From Felis catus (taxonomy: Eukaryota): 64,000 nucleotides of DNA. Positions 38,900-51,175 of the stretch are shown here, piece by piece. A program made the translations under genes and the position numbers. Every line of letters begins with the position of its first letter. Position 1 is the first letter of the stretch. The notes under the pieces were generated by a model. That model was not told the DNA's origin. It saw only the letters and a list, made by a program, of their open reading frames with translations, and ran no database searches. The stretch spans positions 210,058,001-210,122,000 of the forward strand of contig NC_058368.1 in NCBI RefSeq assembly GCF_018350175.1. The letters run 5' to 3'.

Positions 38900-39115
38900 C
38901 CAGGGGTTCTCCAAAGAAGCATTGGGATTCTTCCCCCACCTGGGAGGCAGTTGGCAACGTCTGCACACATTTTTTGGCTGTCACATTTGTGGGTGTGGGG
39001 AGGAGGTTGCTGCTGATATCTAATGAGTAGAGGCCAGGGATGCCGCTAAACACCGTACAATGCGCAAGAAAGTATTAGGCAGCCAAAATATCAATGTGCT
39101 GAGGTTGATAATCCA
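38900..39115 (+). mobile_element. MER20 hAT MITE
   Basis: ttggcaacgtctgcacacattttttggctgtcaca..tagaggccagggatgccgctaaacaccgtacaatgcgcaag..gtgctgaggttga. Confidence 0.82.
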
Positions 39116-41379
39116 GAAAGCACTTAGCAGTGAAGAGAATCTAAGGCACAGGTTGGCACCACACAAGTTTGTAATTGGGGTAAGGCAGCTGCCTAGTTCC
39201 GATGCTCCACTCATTGCTTTTTTATTTTTAATTGTAACTATACCATTTCACCACCCCAAAAACCAGATCCATCTTATCCTCTGTCTTCCATATCTATTTA
39301 TTGGGAGAATAAAAAGGGAGACATGCAGTGTGAAACACTAACAAAAGAGGCACACCCTTTTTCTACCTAGAGTCAACAATGTCTTGTCACAAACTTTTAT
39401 TGAACAGCTATTTGCTGTAAATCCCTAGGCTGGATGCCAGTTTTAAATCTAGGTAGGGAATTAGGGCATATGTAAAAAGAGGGGCCAAGCAATGCAACGG
39501 AGCACATGGCAGAACCCAAGAGGGGCCCCTGCAACACGTGGGTGGAGATGGGGAAGGGACCTCACAGTGGACTGTGGTGGCAGTGTGGGTGACAGAGCCA
39601 AGCCTTCCAGCCCTACAGACTTCCACCCGGATGTGACGGGTTTGGGACGTTACAGTCCTCACCCAGGTTGTAAAATGATCTCTGCACAGCCCCTGGGCAC
39701 ACGTTCCTTCCCTAGGGGTTGGTAGAAGACATTGGTTATGTTGGACTACTCAGCACCCCTCCTCTCCTTTCTCACGGTAGCAGCCTTCTGCTTTTCCTTT
39801 GCAAAACTGCTCTGCTCCCATTCTGTGTGATCCTGGCAGGGATTCCAGTTACAGTACTCTACTGGCTATATTCTAGTTATCGCTTCAGATCCTCTCTCTA
39901 CCTATCCTTCTCTGTGTCCCAGAAGCCTAGTGACGGTAGCTTAGGCTGACATAATGCTTCGAATGCCCCATGACCAAAAAGTGTCTCCTCCCTGCTTATC
40001 CACAATCCACCCGAGACACAACAGCTGACCTGACGGGTATGATGAGAGTGATGAGAGCTGCCCTGGGGAGCAGGAAAAAAAAGAAACAAGACACAACAGA
40101 AACAAAACACTAACACCCAGGTTGAAAATCCACATTCGAGTTCTGCTTTTTTTACCGAGTCACTTAACCTCTCTGACCTTCATTTTTTGTTTTCCCTCTG
40201 GAAAACCGAGATCAAGTTAACTCCTGGAAATGGGTCTGGAAAGGGAAGGATTTAGGTTTACCTGGGTGGTGGCAGTGGTGGTGGTGGGTGAGTAGTTTTT
40301 TCCTTTGGTGGTGAAGGGAGGTCTGGGGTCGTCTCGGAAAGGTTAATATGCTGGCCCACTGACAATTCCAGAACACAGGCATTTCCTGTCCTCCAGCAGA
40401 TGAGTCTGATTCGATTTTGAGGAAAGCGTGAAGCCCAGTGGAGACAGAATCTGGAGCACTCCCCCAGGGCCCTTCTTGTTCAGTCAACTTCTCTAGCTAC
40501 TGCCTCTCACCCTGGGACGTGCTCACATCCTGAATGTGCTCCCAGGGAGGCGCCCTTGTTGTGACCTGCAAAGTTGGCCTCGGGAAGGCCCCCTCCACCA
40601 GGAAGGCTTCTGGCCTCCCCTTGGACTGCAGGGAGTCTTGTCACAAGCACAGTGAAGCTTTGAGAGGCAGAAGGAGCCCAGCGACTGCCTGACATAATCG
40701 TGTGTGGTGTTGTAAATAAAAAGCCTGAGTGAAAGGGTCCAGAAGATGTTTCAGGTAACACTTGCCCAGAGAGAAAAGCAGGAAGTCTCTGGACACTGCA
40801 AGGAATTCCCGCAGAGATCAAGACAGTGGCACCAGCAGGGCAAGCAGGCGTCTTCCTGCCCCTCCCTTTGTCTCTCTTTCTCCCGTTAGCCAAATCTCTC
40901 CACCCCAGATTGATCCCTGGGTTAGCCCTCGACAGACCAGCCCTTGCGGTTTCAGGATGTGCCATCTGTCCACTCTCTGCCGTGCCCACACACCTGCAAT
41001 TTAGCTGTTCAGCCTCCCCTGGCCTGTAGAAGAAGGGCGGACACTCAGCGAGGCGTCCCAATTCTTCTCACCCACACTTACTTTGATATTTAAGTTCTGC
41101 AATGTTTGTTTTAGTGATGCTGCTTCACGAAGAGAATTTAAATGTGCCATATTGGTATTCCTACTTCCCAAACATGACTCTCCAAGGAGAGGGGTCATGC
41201 TGTTTCTTAATTGCAGGCCATGACCACTCTATTTCTATCCTTTATGTGGTTGACCATACATTGTTAGTCCTAAAGCCAGGCTTTATAATTAGTTTTGAGG
41301 CTTTGGGAGCATTGCTTCTTTTCTCTGTGCCTCAATTATGTCATCTTTAACCCAAAAAATGGGGGAGGTTGACTTAAAG

Positions 41380-41569
41380 GTTTTTTTTAATTTTTGAGAG
41401 AGGAAGTGTAACCGAGGGAGGGGCAGAGAGAGAGGGGGACAGAGGATCCAAATCGGGCTCTGCACTGCTGACAGCAGTGAGCCATTTGTGGGGTTCAAAC
41501 TCCCCAACCGTGAGATCATGACCTGAGCCAAAGTCGGACGCTCAGCCGACTGAATCACCCAGGCGCCCC
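41380..41569 (-). mobile_element. CanSINE
   Basis: Ends ..gactgaatcacccaggcgcccc; short T tail. Confidence 0.92.
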
Positions 41570-41698
41570 AACTTAGATGTTGTTTTAAATCCCTTTCTGC
41601 TCTAAGGGAGCTTCTGTCATTCTTCATAACCTCTCAAATGTCCTGGGTTAATATTTCCTTTGTTTACATGCATCAGTATATATTTTATTGTGTCTTTC

Positions 41699-41913
41699 TT
41701 TTTTTTTTTTTAATTAAAAAATTTTAACGTTTATTCAGTTTTTGAGAGACAAAGCACGAGCAGGGGAGGGGCAGAGAGAGAGGGAGACACAGACAGGCTC
41801 CAGGCTCTGAGCTGTCAGCACAGAGCCCGATGCAGGGCTCGAAGTCATGAACTGCGAGATCATAACCTGACCTGAAGTTGGATGCTTAACCGACTGAGCC
41901 ACCCAGGCGCCCC
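41699..41913 (-). mobile_element. CanSINE
   Basis: T tail, body ends gccacccaggcgcccc; flanked by tttattgtg on both sides. Confidence 0.93.
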
Positions 41914-42149
41914 ACGTTTATTGTGCTTTTCTAAATAGCTATTTCATTAACAAGGATCACTGATAATGTCTTTGCAACGGGAATGTTAATAGGTCAGATA
42001 GTGGGGGCAAGGCCACGTACAGCAGGACACTGGTTATACAATGAACAAACCAGGAGAGGGCCCTCTGGTGACTCCAGAATGCTGGAAGACAAAGAAAGCT
42101 GGAAGGAAAACAGAACATGACATAGCACTGCAAAGGATTTATGAAGAGC

Positions 42150-42151
<2 letters not shown>

Positions 42152-42184
<33 letters not shown>
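42152..42184. repeat. (CA)n microsatellite
   Basis: Directly visible. Confidence 0.95.
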
Positions 42185-42187
<3 letters not shown>

Positions 42188-43044
42188 GAGACAGCTCTTC
42201 TCCACGTATAGCCCTTTCCACGGCCAACAAAACAGGCAGTGGAAATTTCCAGCACAACAGACAAGCAGGTTCCAGTCATTAACTCTCTGCTTCCTGAACT
42301 TTTGCAAGGCTTCATGGTATTTGTAGGCTACCTCTGACCTTTGCTTTAGAAATTGTAAATTTTCCATGCCCCTTTCTCAGCTGAGTGTTCTTTCTCTTTG
42401 TTAAATGATGGAAAACTTCCCAATATTTAAGTTCAATTGTTCGTTTCTTTTTGAGACCATAATGAGCTAATTGGACAGATTTTTCAAAAATAACATTTTG
42501 AGAATACTAATGGACGGTACCAAATAGCAAATAAAAACACGTGCCCTGTGGCTCCCCATATTGCTGTCAGTTTAGAAATGAGAATGTTTACTTTTGAACC
42601 AATGAATAGACTTGGATAAAACATGCACAATTATCATTCAGCCTGCTTCCCCAGTGGGAAATGAAGGCTCCCTGAGGTTTTGCTGATGGCTTTTTTTATT
42701 TCCCTCTTTCCAAGCAAATAGCAGCTTGGGGCTAGAAGTGGTCTGAGCCTTGGTTCAAAGAGCTTCTGACTTCAGCTGATACTGTCAAAGCCTCATGACA
42801 AGAAATAGATGCTAGTGACAGTTGCCCCAATACAAACTATTAAAAATGGCAATGCCTGAATACTTCCTGTCTGCCAGGTGCTGTGCTAAGTCCCTCATAA
42901 AGGAAATACTATTATTCTCATCCTTGTTCTACATCTGAGGAAACCACTTTAGAAAGGTCACGTAGCTCGCTTGAGGTCTTGCGGCTAACAAGCACAGAAT
43001 CTGGATTGCATTCAGGTGATGCCAACGCCAGAGTCTGAACTCTT

Positions 43045-43524
43045 TTTTTTTTAATTTCTTTTTTTTTTTAAAGTTTATATATTTTTGGGGCGCCTGGGTG
43101 GCGCAGTCGGTTAAGCGTCCGACTTCAGCCAGGTCACGATCTCACGGTCCGGGAGTTTGAGCCCCGCATCAGGCTCTGGGCTGATGGCTCGGAGCCTGGA
43201 GCCTGTTTCCGATTCTGTGTCTCCCTCTCTCTCTGCCCCTCCCCCGTTCATGCTCTGTCTCTCTCTGTCCCAAAAATAAATAAATAAACGTTGAAAAAAA
43301 AATTAATAAAAAAAAAATAAAGTTTATATATTTTTGTGTGTGAGAGAGAGAGCACGCGCAAGTAGGGAAGAGACAGAGAGAGAGAGTGTATGCATGACAA
43401 TCCCAAGCAGGCTCTGCACTGTCAGCATGGAGCCCAGCACGGGGTGTGAACCCACAAACTGTGAGATCATGATCTGAGCTGAAACCAAGAGTCCAACGCC
43501 TAACTAAGCCACCCAGGAGTCCCC
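43045..43524 (-). mobile_element. Older CanSINE with a young SINE in its tail
   Basis: TSD ccagagtctgaactctt (43028-43044) / ccagagattgaattctt (43523-43539). Confidence 0.88.
43087..43317 (+). mobile_element. Young CanSINE (SINEC_Fc1-like)
   Basis: Exact flanking repeat taaagtttatatatttttg (43069-43087 / 43318-43336). Confidence 0.96.
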
Positions 43525-43539
43525 AGAGATTGAATTCTT

Positions 43540-43760
43540 TTTTTTTTTTTTTTTTTTTAATGTTTATTTATTTTTGAGACAGAGAGAGACAGAGCATGAA
43601 CGGGGGAGGGGCAGAGAGAGAGGGAGTCGCAAAATCAGAAGCAGGCTCCATGCTCTGAGCTGTCAGCCCAGAGCTCGATGCGGGGCTCGAACTCACGGAC
43701 CGCGAGATCGTGACCCGAGTTGAAGTCGGACGCTCAACCGACTGAGCCACCCAGGCGCCC
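43540..43760 (-). mobile_element. CanSINE
   Basis: TSD ccagaga(t/c)tgaattctt (43523-43539 / 43761-43777). Confidence 0.95.
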
Positions 43761-44222
43761 CCAGAGACTGAATTCTTAACCATTCTGCTATATTACCTAC
43801 TTGGAAATCTTTTTTTTTTTTTTAAACCTATCAGTAAGAGATTTTCAGCACTACCCCCTCTCCTCCTACACCCCATAATACCATTCAATTGGGCTACGAA
43901 TGAGGATTAAACCAAAGAAACAATTCAGTTCTGTTTAATAAATATTTATGGAGATCCTACAATTTGGGGGGCACCATGCTAAGCTATGCCATGGGGACGA
44001 CAGAGATAAATAACCAAGGTCACGAAATTTATGAGGAAAATGTATTTATAATTATAGCTGGAATGACAGCTCTAAGCTGAATGTGATTATATGATAGAAA
44101 CACCAATAAGGGATCAAGGAGAGCAAGAAATACATTTAAATGGAAAGTCTGTGTTGTTTTCAGGGGATTCTTGAACTGGATTTTAAAGAATGGGTGGGAC
44201 TTTAAAAATTAGGATTGCATAT

Positions 44223-44343
44223 GGGGCACCCTGGTGGTTCAGTTGGTTAAGCGTCCAAGTTCAGCTCGGGCCATGATCTCACGGTTCAATGAGTTCAAGC
44301 CCCACACTTGGGTTCTGTACTGACAGTGCAGAGCCTGCTTGGG

Positions 44344-44378
<35 letters not shown>

Positions 44379-44432
44379 CTCCCCAACTTGCGTGCTTTCT
44401 CTCTCTCTCAAAATAAATAAATAAACTTTACA
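44223..44432 (+). mobile_element. CanSINE
   Basis: TSD aaaaattaggattgcata / aaaaattaagatcgcata (44204-44221 / 44433-44450). Confidence 0.92.
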
Positions 44433-44758
44433 AAAAATTAAGATCGCATAGAGAGGCTATTCCAAGGACAAGAAACAGCAGGGACAAACGTGGTGGGACA
44501 CAGCTAGGTCCCTGAGCCTACAGCTGGGCTATCCTTGCCTGGGTTGGTCTCCTGAGTAGGTAAACGAGGCAGTAACCTACAAAACTATATGGTGGACTGG
44601 CATAGCCCCCCCACGAGAGAGAAGATGCAATGATTATGCAGCAAAATGCCAGACGGATGGAGTCAGGAGGATCTATGAAACTCTCACATAAAGGTATCCT
44701 CAGAAGGGTGGGACTCAGAGCACAGTTCCCTCTTCCCATCAAGAGCCACAGCAATGTA

Positions 44759-44995
44759 GGGGAGCCTGGGTGGCTCAGTCGGCTAAGCATCCAACTTCAG
44801 CTCAGGACGTTATCTCAAGATTCATGAGTTCCAGTCCCATGTCGGGCTCTGCGACGACAGCTCAGAGCCTGGAGCCTGCTTCAGATTCTCTGTCTCCCTC
44901 TCTCTCTGCCCCTCTCTCCCGCTTGCTCTCTCTCTCTCTCTCTCTCGCTCGCTCTCAAAAATAAATAAAAATATTAACATTAAAAAAAAAAAAGA
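44759..44995 (+). mobile_element. CanSINE
   Basis: TSD aagagccacagcaatgta (44741-44758) recurs as aagagccacagcgatcta only after the next SINE (45222-45239). Confidence 0.93.
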
Positions 44996-45221
44996 GGGGC
45001 GCCTGGGTGGCGCAGTCGGTTAAGCGTCCGACTTCAGCCAGGTCACGATCTCGCGGTCCGTGAGTTCGAGCCCCGCGTCAGGCTCTGGGCTGATGGCTCG
45101 GAGCCTGGAGCCTGTTTCCGATTCTGTGTCTCCCTCTCTCTCTGCCCCTCCCCCGTTCATGCTCTGTCTCTCTCTGTCCCAAAAATAAATAAAAACGTTA
45201 AAAAAAAATTAAAAAAAAAAA
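44996..45221 (+). mobile_element. Very young CanSINE in the A-tail of the preceding SINE
   Basis: CpGs essentially intact; flanked by ttaaaaaaaaaaaaga-type repeats. Confidence 0.96.
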
Positions 45222-47603
45222 AAGAGCCACAGCGATCTATGAATACTACCCCTGTGTGTGGTGGGCAAAGCCACAGAGCCCGCCAAGGTGGTAAATCACC
45301 TTGGTCCCCAGCGTCACACAGGCCAACTCAGGGGCAAACAGGCTGCTACTTGTCACGACACACCTGTCCGATAGGCCTGGTACACCTGCTTCAGTTATAC
45401 TGCTGGCGGCTATTTTGATTGGTCCAGCCCTGGAGATACTGTTTTTTAAATACTTTTAAAAAGGAGAGGTCCCTTTTAAGGGGTCACAATATCTTGAAGC
45501 AAAGGAATCTCATGTAATTAAATTTGTTTATTATTTGTGGCTTTTGTATACATATTTATGCTGAGTTTACTGCTCTTAAACTGCTTGTAGTTAATTCCAT
45601 TAATGCATATTTTGCTTTTTGAAATAGTTCTTCTTGTTGTCTTCATAGAGTCCCAAGTTAAAGAATCCCTTGTGGGGGAAGAATAGGAATTGTATTATAT
45701 GTTCCTTTAAAAGGTCTGGAATAATTCATAAGAACATAACAAAAGGCAGTTAGTTGATGGGGCTTGGGGAAGGGGTGATGTAGAGGGGGAAAATCCATGG
45801 AGATGGCAGAGAAAAGGGTTGGATGTGTGACTTTTCACCGATTATCTTTTATGATTGTTATTTTTTGACCCATGTGAATGTGACATCTCTGACAAAAATA
45901 AGCAAATAAATCGATAAAAGGACTTCAAATAACCGTGTATTTTTGAAAATGCATAGACTATCTCTGGAAGAAGGACACTGAAGAAACTGATCACAAAAGT
46001 CACCTCCAGGGAGGACAGAGTGGCCAGGGGCAGGAAAAGGAAGGAGGCTTACTTTACTGCCTCACACGTGAATACTTTGAATTCTGTGCTGTGTATAAAG
46101 ATGATCTGTTTATGAACAAATAGCCCGAAACTAGAATGACCCTTCCGATGACCCACGTGAAGGATTCAGAGCATAAAGCCCAGCAAGGAGTGACCTGGAC
46201 CTTGGCAAAGCCTACTCCTCACACTGGAAAGACCTCTTGGCCTAGAGCAACAGTGTCCCCTCTGAATGGCTAATGCCTAAAACCCTCAGAATTTGGGTTT
46301 CACTTATTTTAGAAATGGTTTTCTCCCTGTTTTTCTAGGAAGGATCACAGCTTTGGGGACCATTCCCAGCCTAGCAAACATGTAAATGTCATAGTGAGAA
46401 AATCCAAGGAAAATAGAAGTAACAACAAGAAATCCCTCCACCCCCACCCCCACCCCCGCCCCCCATCCTTTTGAAAAAAAAATTAGGGAGAAGAAAAGAA
46501 AAGGTCTTAGGAAGGGGTTACATTGTATTCAGTTTCCCGGCTTTCTCCCTCCTCCCAGGTAAACAACTGTAAGCATTGACATGAAATAGTTTATTAGATC
46601 CTTTTCGGGATAGGGTTTAAAGCAGTAGGGAAAGGACAGAGGCCACGGGGCTCCTGGGTGGGGAAGGGGCCTTCTGGAGACACAAAATACGAAAGGGGGA
46701 GGGGTTTACCTTGGGGCAGATCAATTGTGCTGTTCTGAGAACACTGTAACTAGAGAACAAGTACACTCCCTTCTTTGGGCCAGTAATACAGGAAAAGCCT
46801 GTGTGTGTTGGGGGCAGCGGGAGGGCAGCGGGGTGCAGGGGGTGCTGTGCTTACTGGCAGGTAGAGACTGCTGCTGTTAACAAGCCCCTGGCCGGGGAGG
46901 GAAGAAGTGGCTGTCGGAGAATTAGTAATGATCACAGTTGACCGGGAACATCCTTGTGCCTGAGATGAAGTTGACATAGCCTTGAGTATCTAAGAACGTA
47001 TGTTTTTCTCAAATACTAGATGGTCTCATTCTTTAGTCCAGGAACTAAAGAATTTAACTAGGAAGAGTGAATTCTTCTAAAGGCTTGGACTTCCTAGTGG
47101 GCAGAGGGGTGCACGCCTTCAACAAAATATGCTGGGTTTCTCTTTAAGTGACTTAATTTTACACAAGGGAATGATAAAGGGAAATGTAAAAAACAAGCCT
47201 AGGTTGAGTGATCTGACATGTTTTGTTTCTGGATTGCCAAGTTTAATAGCTCTAAAAACAGTTTTAACTTCAGTTTTGTGCATATGCCTGTTTTGTGATT
47301 TCTCTCTCTATGGCTGAAGCAATCAGCAGTATGAAAATGTGGCTTTCATCTGGTCACTCATCCTGAGCAGGAAGCTTGAAAGATGCTCTCATTCCTACCT
47401 AAATCAGATTTACTGCCCTTCCTTGCTGGCAGTGTCTTCTGCAATAGGGTCCTGAATTTACTCAGCCTCATTCCCATGACTCCACAGCAAGCCACCCCTG
47501 CTTTATTTGGGCTTGGTCTCCTCACAGTCTCCAGAAAACATACTTTCTCCCATCTCCTCTTGCCTTCTGACCTATTCACTTCCTTCCTTCAAGAACCAAG
47601 CCA

Positions 47604-47828
47604 GGGACGCCTGGGTGCCTTAGTCAGTTAGGTGTCCGACTTCGGTCAGGTCATGATCTCACAGTCCGTGAGTTCGAGCCCCCGCATTGGGCTCTGTGCT
47701 GACAGCTCAGAGCCCAGAGCCTGTTTCAGATTCTGTGTCTCCCTCTCTCTGTGCCCCTCCCCCCCCCCCACTCGCACTCTGTCTCCCTCTGTCTCAAAAA
47801 TAAACATTAAAAAAATTAAAAAGAAAAA
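47604..47828 (+). mobile_element. CanSINE
   Basis: Exact TSD caagaaccaagcca (47590-47603 / 47829-47842). Confidence 0.95.
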
Positions 47829-48352
47829 CAAGAACCAAGCCAAATTCTAATTTCTATGAAGACTTCCTTAAGTGGTGAAGCCTTTATTGATATCTCCTCT
47901 GAATAGCACATGGCTTGTGTGGCACTTATGGGACTAAGTCATGTCTACTTCTGGAATTCTGACACATCTGTGTAGACAAGTGAATAGATCTATTTGCATG
48001 AACTGAAAAGCTGTTGCCCACGACAATAGGGCTGGAGCCTCCTGGTAAAGACACATCCAAGCTAGAGTCAAGGTGGGCAGACAAAGTTGGCCAAACTTTG
48101 GCTTCAGAGGGAAGGGGCAATGCTGGGTGCATCATAGTGTCTGTCATTCACATTATCTTCTTCTACCCACAGTGCCACTTTCTTTGAGATTCCATTAATA
48201 GAGTGTAAATGAAAGGTGAAGACAGGCATTCAGGCAAAGTATCTCATTTAACATCCCGGTGATGTTTTGGCACTTTGAGGACTCGAGGCCATTAATCATG
48301 AATTCCTTAGGGAGATATTAGTACCTGGTGAAAGCTGTGGCAGTGCCCATAA

Positions 48353-48520
48353 AGGGGGGTTGGATGCCCAGGTAAATGTAAATTTCAGATAAATAGCATA
48401 ACTTTTTAGCATATCTCATATAACATTTGGAACATATTTGTACTAAAAATTATTTGTCATTTATCAAATTCAATTTTAATGGGGTGTCCTATATTTTCCT
48501 TGGCAAAGGTGGCAGCCCTA
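48353..48520. mobile_element. MER53-like palindromic hAT MITE
   Basis: gcccaggtaaatgtaaatttcagataaa..tttatcaaattcaattttaatggggtgtcctatatt..tggcagccct; internal inverted symmetry. Confidence 0.72.
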
Positions 48521-48820
48521 CTATGAGGGACAATGGTGCCTGAAAGAGGGTAAAAGGTCCACTGGGGTTCAATAGAGCCTACAGGAGGGAGTTCAGATAT
48601 GATAACTAGGCAGTTGGCAGGCTTCCCTTTCTGAATAAAAAGACAAAGCGTTGAGAAGAGAAAGCCTTTTGAACCCTTCCACTTGCTTCATGTCTTTGAA
48701 TGACTCATGAGGCCTGGAGTGGTGACAGCCATCTAGAGGTCATGAGCTATAGGCGGAAGGATGAAAAGCCAAGGTACCATGAAGAGTGAAGCAAAAGGTT
48801 GCAAAGAGCATATGTCTTTT

Positions 48821-49045
48821 TTTTTTTTTTTAATTTTTTTTTAACATTTATTTATTTTTGAGACAGAGAGACACAGAGCATGAATGGGGGGAGGGCCAGA
48901 GAGAGAGGGAGACACAGAATCTGAAGCAGGCTCCAGGCTCTGAGCTGTCGGCACAGAGCCTGATGCAGGGCTCGAACTCATGGACCGTGAGATCGTGACC
49001 TGAGCGAAGTCGGACGCTCAACCAACTGAGCCACCCAGGCGCCCC
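48821..49045 (-). mobile_element. CanSINE
   Basis: Exact TSD agagcatatgtctttt (48805-48820 / 49046-49061). Confidence 0.95.
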
Positions 49046-49325
49046 AGAGCATATGTCTTTTAAGACACTGTTGAGGTCCATCCAGGGAGGGGTAACCTTC
49101 CCTGAGACAAACCTGGGTTGGTTCAGTACTTGAATAACATTCGAGTTATGTTAGGAAGGAAGAAGGAGGAAATGGATGCTGGGTAGGCCATCAACACTGT
49201 CACTAACAATGTTTCCAGCAACTGCATGGATAGTAGTCCATCTATAGACATTGTTATTTTAGGCCTCCATTACTGTCCACAGCATACTAGGATTCTGAAT
49301 ATAGGTACAGAAATTAGAAGTCTAG

Positions 49326-49525
49326 GGGGCACCTGGGCGTCGGTTGAGTGTCCGACTTCAGCTCAGGTCTCATGGTTCGTGAGTTTGAGTCCCGCTTTTG
49401 GCTCTGTGCTAACAGCTCAGAACCTGGAACTGTTTCAGGTTCTGCAGCTCCCTCTCTCTCTGCCCTTCCCCTGCTCATGCCCTGTCTGTCTCTCTCAAAA
49501 ATAAATAAACATTAAAAAAATTCTT
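49326..49525 (+). mobile_element. CanSINE with small internal deletions
   Basis: ggggcacctgggcgtcggttgagtgtccgacttcagctcagg..; aagtctagg on both flanks. Confidence 0.9.
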
Positions 49526-49594
49526 TTAAAAAGTCTAGGAAGAAAATGAAGATAGAAAGTATACTGCAGTAAGTGTGCTGGTATCTCCCTTTGC

Positions 49595-49619
49595 TGTGTG
49601 TGTGTGCGTGTGTGTGTGT

Positions 49620-49655
<36 letters not shown>
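49595..49655. repeat. (TG)n microsatellite
   Basis: Directly visible. Confidence 0.95.
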
Positions 49656-49656
<1 letters not shown>

Positions 49657-49720
49657 CAATAGACGACCTGCATGGTTGAATGTCAACCATAGTTGACATG
49701 TTTAAAAAAATTATATGACT

Positions 49721-50345
49721 TGGTAACGCAAGCTGGTGTAGCCACTCTGGAAAACAGTCTGGAGGTTCCTCAAAAAACTAAAAATAGAACTACCCTATGA
49801 CCCAGCAATTGCACTAGTAGGTATTTATCCAAGGGATACAGGTATGCTGTTTCAAAGGGGCACATGCACCCCAACATTTATAGCATCACTATCAACAATA
49901 GCCAAAGTATGGAAAGAGCCCAAATGTCCATTGATGGATGAATGCATAAAGAAGATGTGGTATAAATATACAATGGGATATTATTCGGCAATCAAAAAGA
50001 ACGAACTCTTGCCATTTGCAACTATGTGGATGGAATTGGAGGGTATTATGCTAAGGAAAATTAGGCAGTCAGAGAAAGACAAATATCATATGACTTCATT
50101 CATATGAGGACTTTAAGACACAGAACAGATGAACATAAGGGAAGGGAAACAAAAATAATATAAAAACAGGGAGGGGGACAAAACATTAGAGACTCTTAAA
50201 TATGGAGAACAAACAGAGGGTTACTGGAGGGGTTGTGGGAGGGAGGATGGGTTAAATTGGTAAGGGGCATTAAGGAATCTACTCCTGAAATCATCGTTGC
50301 ACCTATATGCTAACTAATTCGGATGTAAATTAAAAAAAAATAAAA
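49721..50345 (+). mobile_element. Relatively young 5'-truncated L1 (ORF2 C-terminus plus 3' UTR)
   Basis: ORF 49844..50107 CTPTFIASLSTIAKVWKEPKCP..YYSAIKKNELLPFATMWMELEGIML is the L1 ORF2 C-terminus; exact flanking repeat ttaaaaaaattatatgact (49702-49720 / 50346-50364). Confidence 0.95.
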
Positions 50346-51175
50346 TTAAAAAAATTATATGACTAGCTTATTCCCTATGAGATCCCTTCACATGTAGTCT
50401 TCTTTCATCCCCATGGGGCTACTCAATCCCTTACCACCATTACTCCCATATCCTCTTACATGTACATCCCTACCTCAGTCACTAGAAAATATCTTTTCAG
50501 TACTCATGGAGAATTTAAGGAGCCATAACTCAAAAACACAAGTGTAGCAAACTTTGCCATTTATCATTCTCTGAACTCATACTAAGCTTCACATCTGACT
50601 GCCTACCTCTAGATTTCTCAGCGTTGTGAAACATTCATTGTTTTTGTTGCCTAAGACACTGTCAGGTGTTCTGTTACCTGCAGACAGAAGCATCCCTAAT
50701 CGTTAGAAAAGCTGACGTGTTCTTATACGTGAGCACATGTGAATCATCCTTTACCAACTTCCAGAAATATTTAGGGGAAGCTTTCCAGGAAAGTGGAGTC
50801 CTAAATTATCAGGTCATGTAACCAAACATGGGTTACATTTAGCATCTCTATTGAAAAGTTGGTATTGGCTATGAGTGAGCATAAAGCCTTCATGTGGACT
50901 TCAACTCTTGAGAGCCCAGAGACTTTCCTTTATATTCCCATTCCTCAACTGCATGACTCAATACACATTTATTGATTGACTAATTAAAGTATTTAACTGA
51001 TTTATGGAGGATTTCTAACTTAATCTAAACCTGGAAGGGAGTATTTTAAAGATGGTGTGGAGAAAGAGTATTGAGGGTTAGGAGATATAAGAACAGAGGT
51101 CCTGGAATAAATCGTTAGAATAGCATTTTTGGTACATAAGGATTAGATCCCCCAAAAAGGATTAGTAAGAGTTTT

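Larger units (their letters stand above)
42860..43795 (-). mobile_element. MIR hosting a three-SINE stack
   Basis: tgccaggtgctgtgctaag..ctgaggaaacc..ttgaggtcttgcggctaac (42860-43040); resumes aattcttaaccattctgct after 43770. Confidence 0.65.

Noticed and set aside
40507..41061. 184-aa minus-strand ORF
   Set aside because: Non-ATG start, GC-driven composition and no recognisable family.
43087..43170. tRNA-like A/B boxes as a tRNA gene
   Set aside because: tRNA-derived head of a CanSINE, followed by the CT tract and A-tail.
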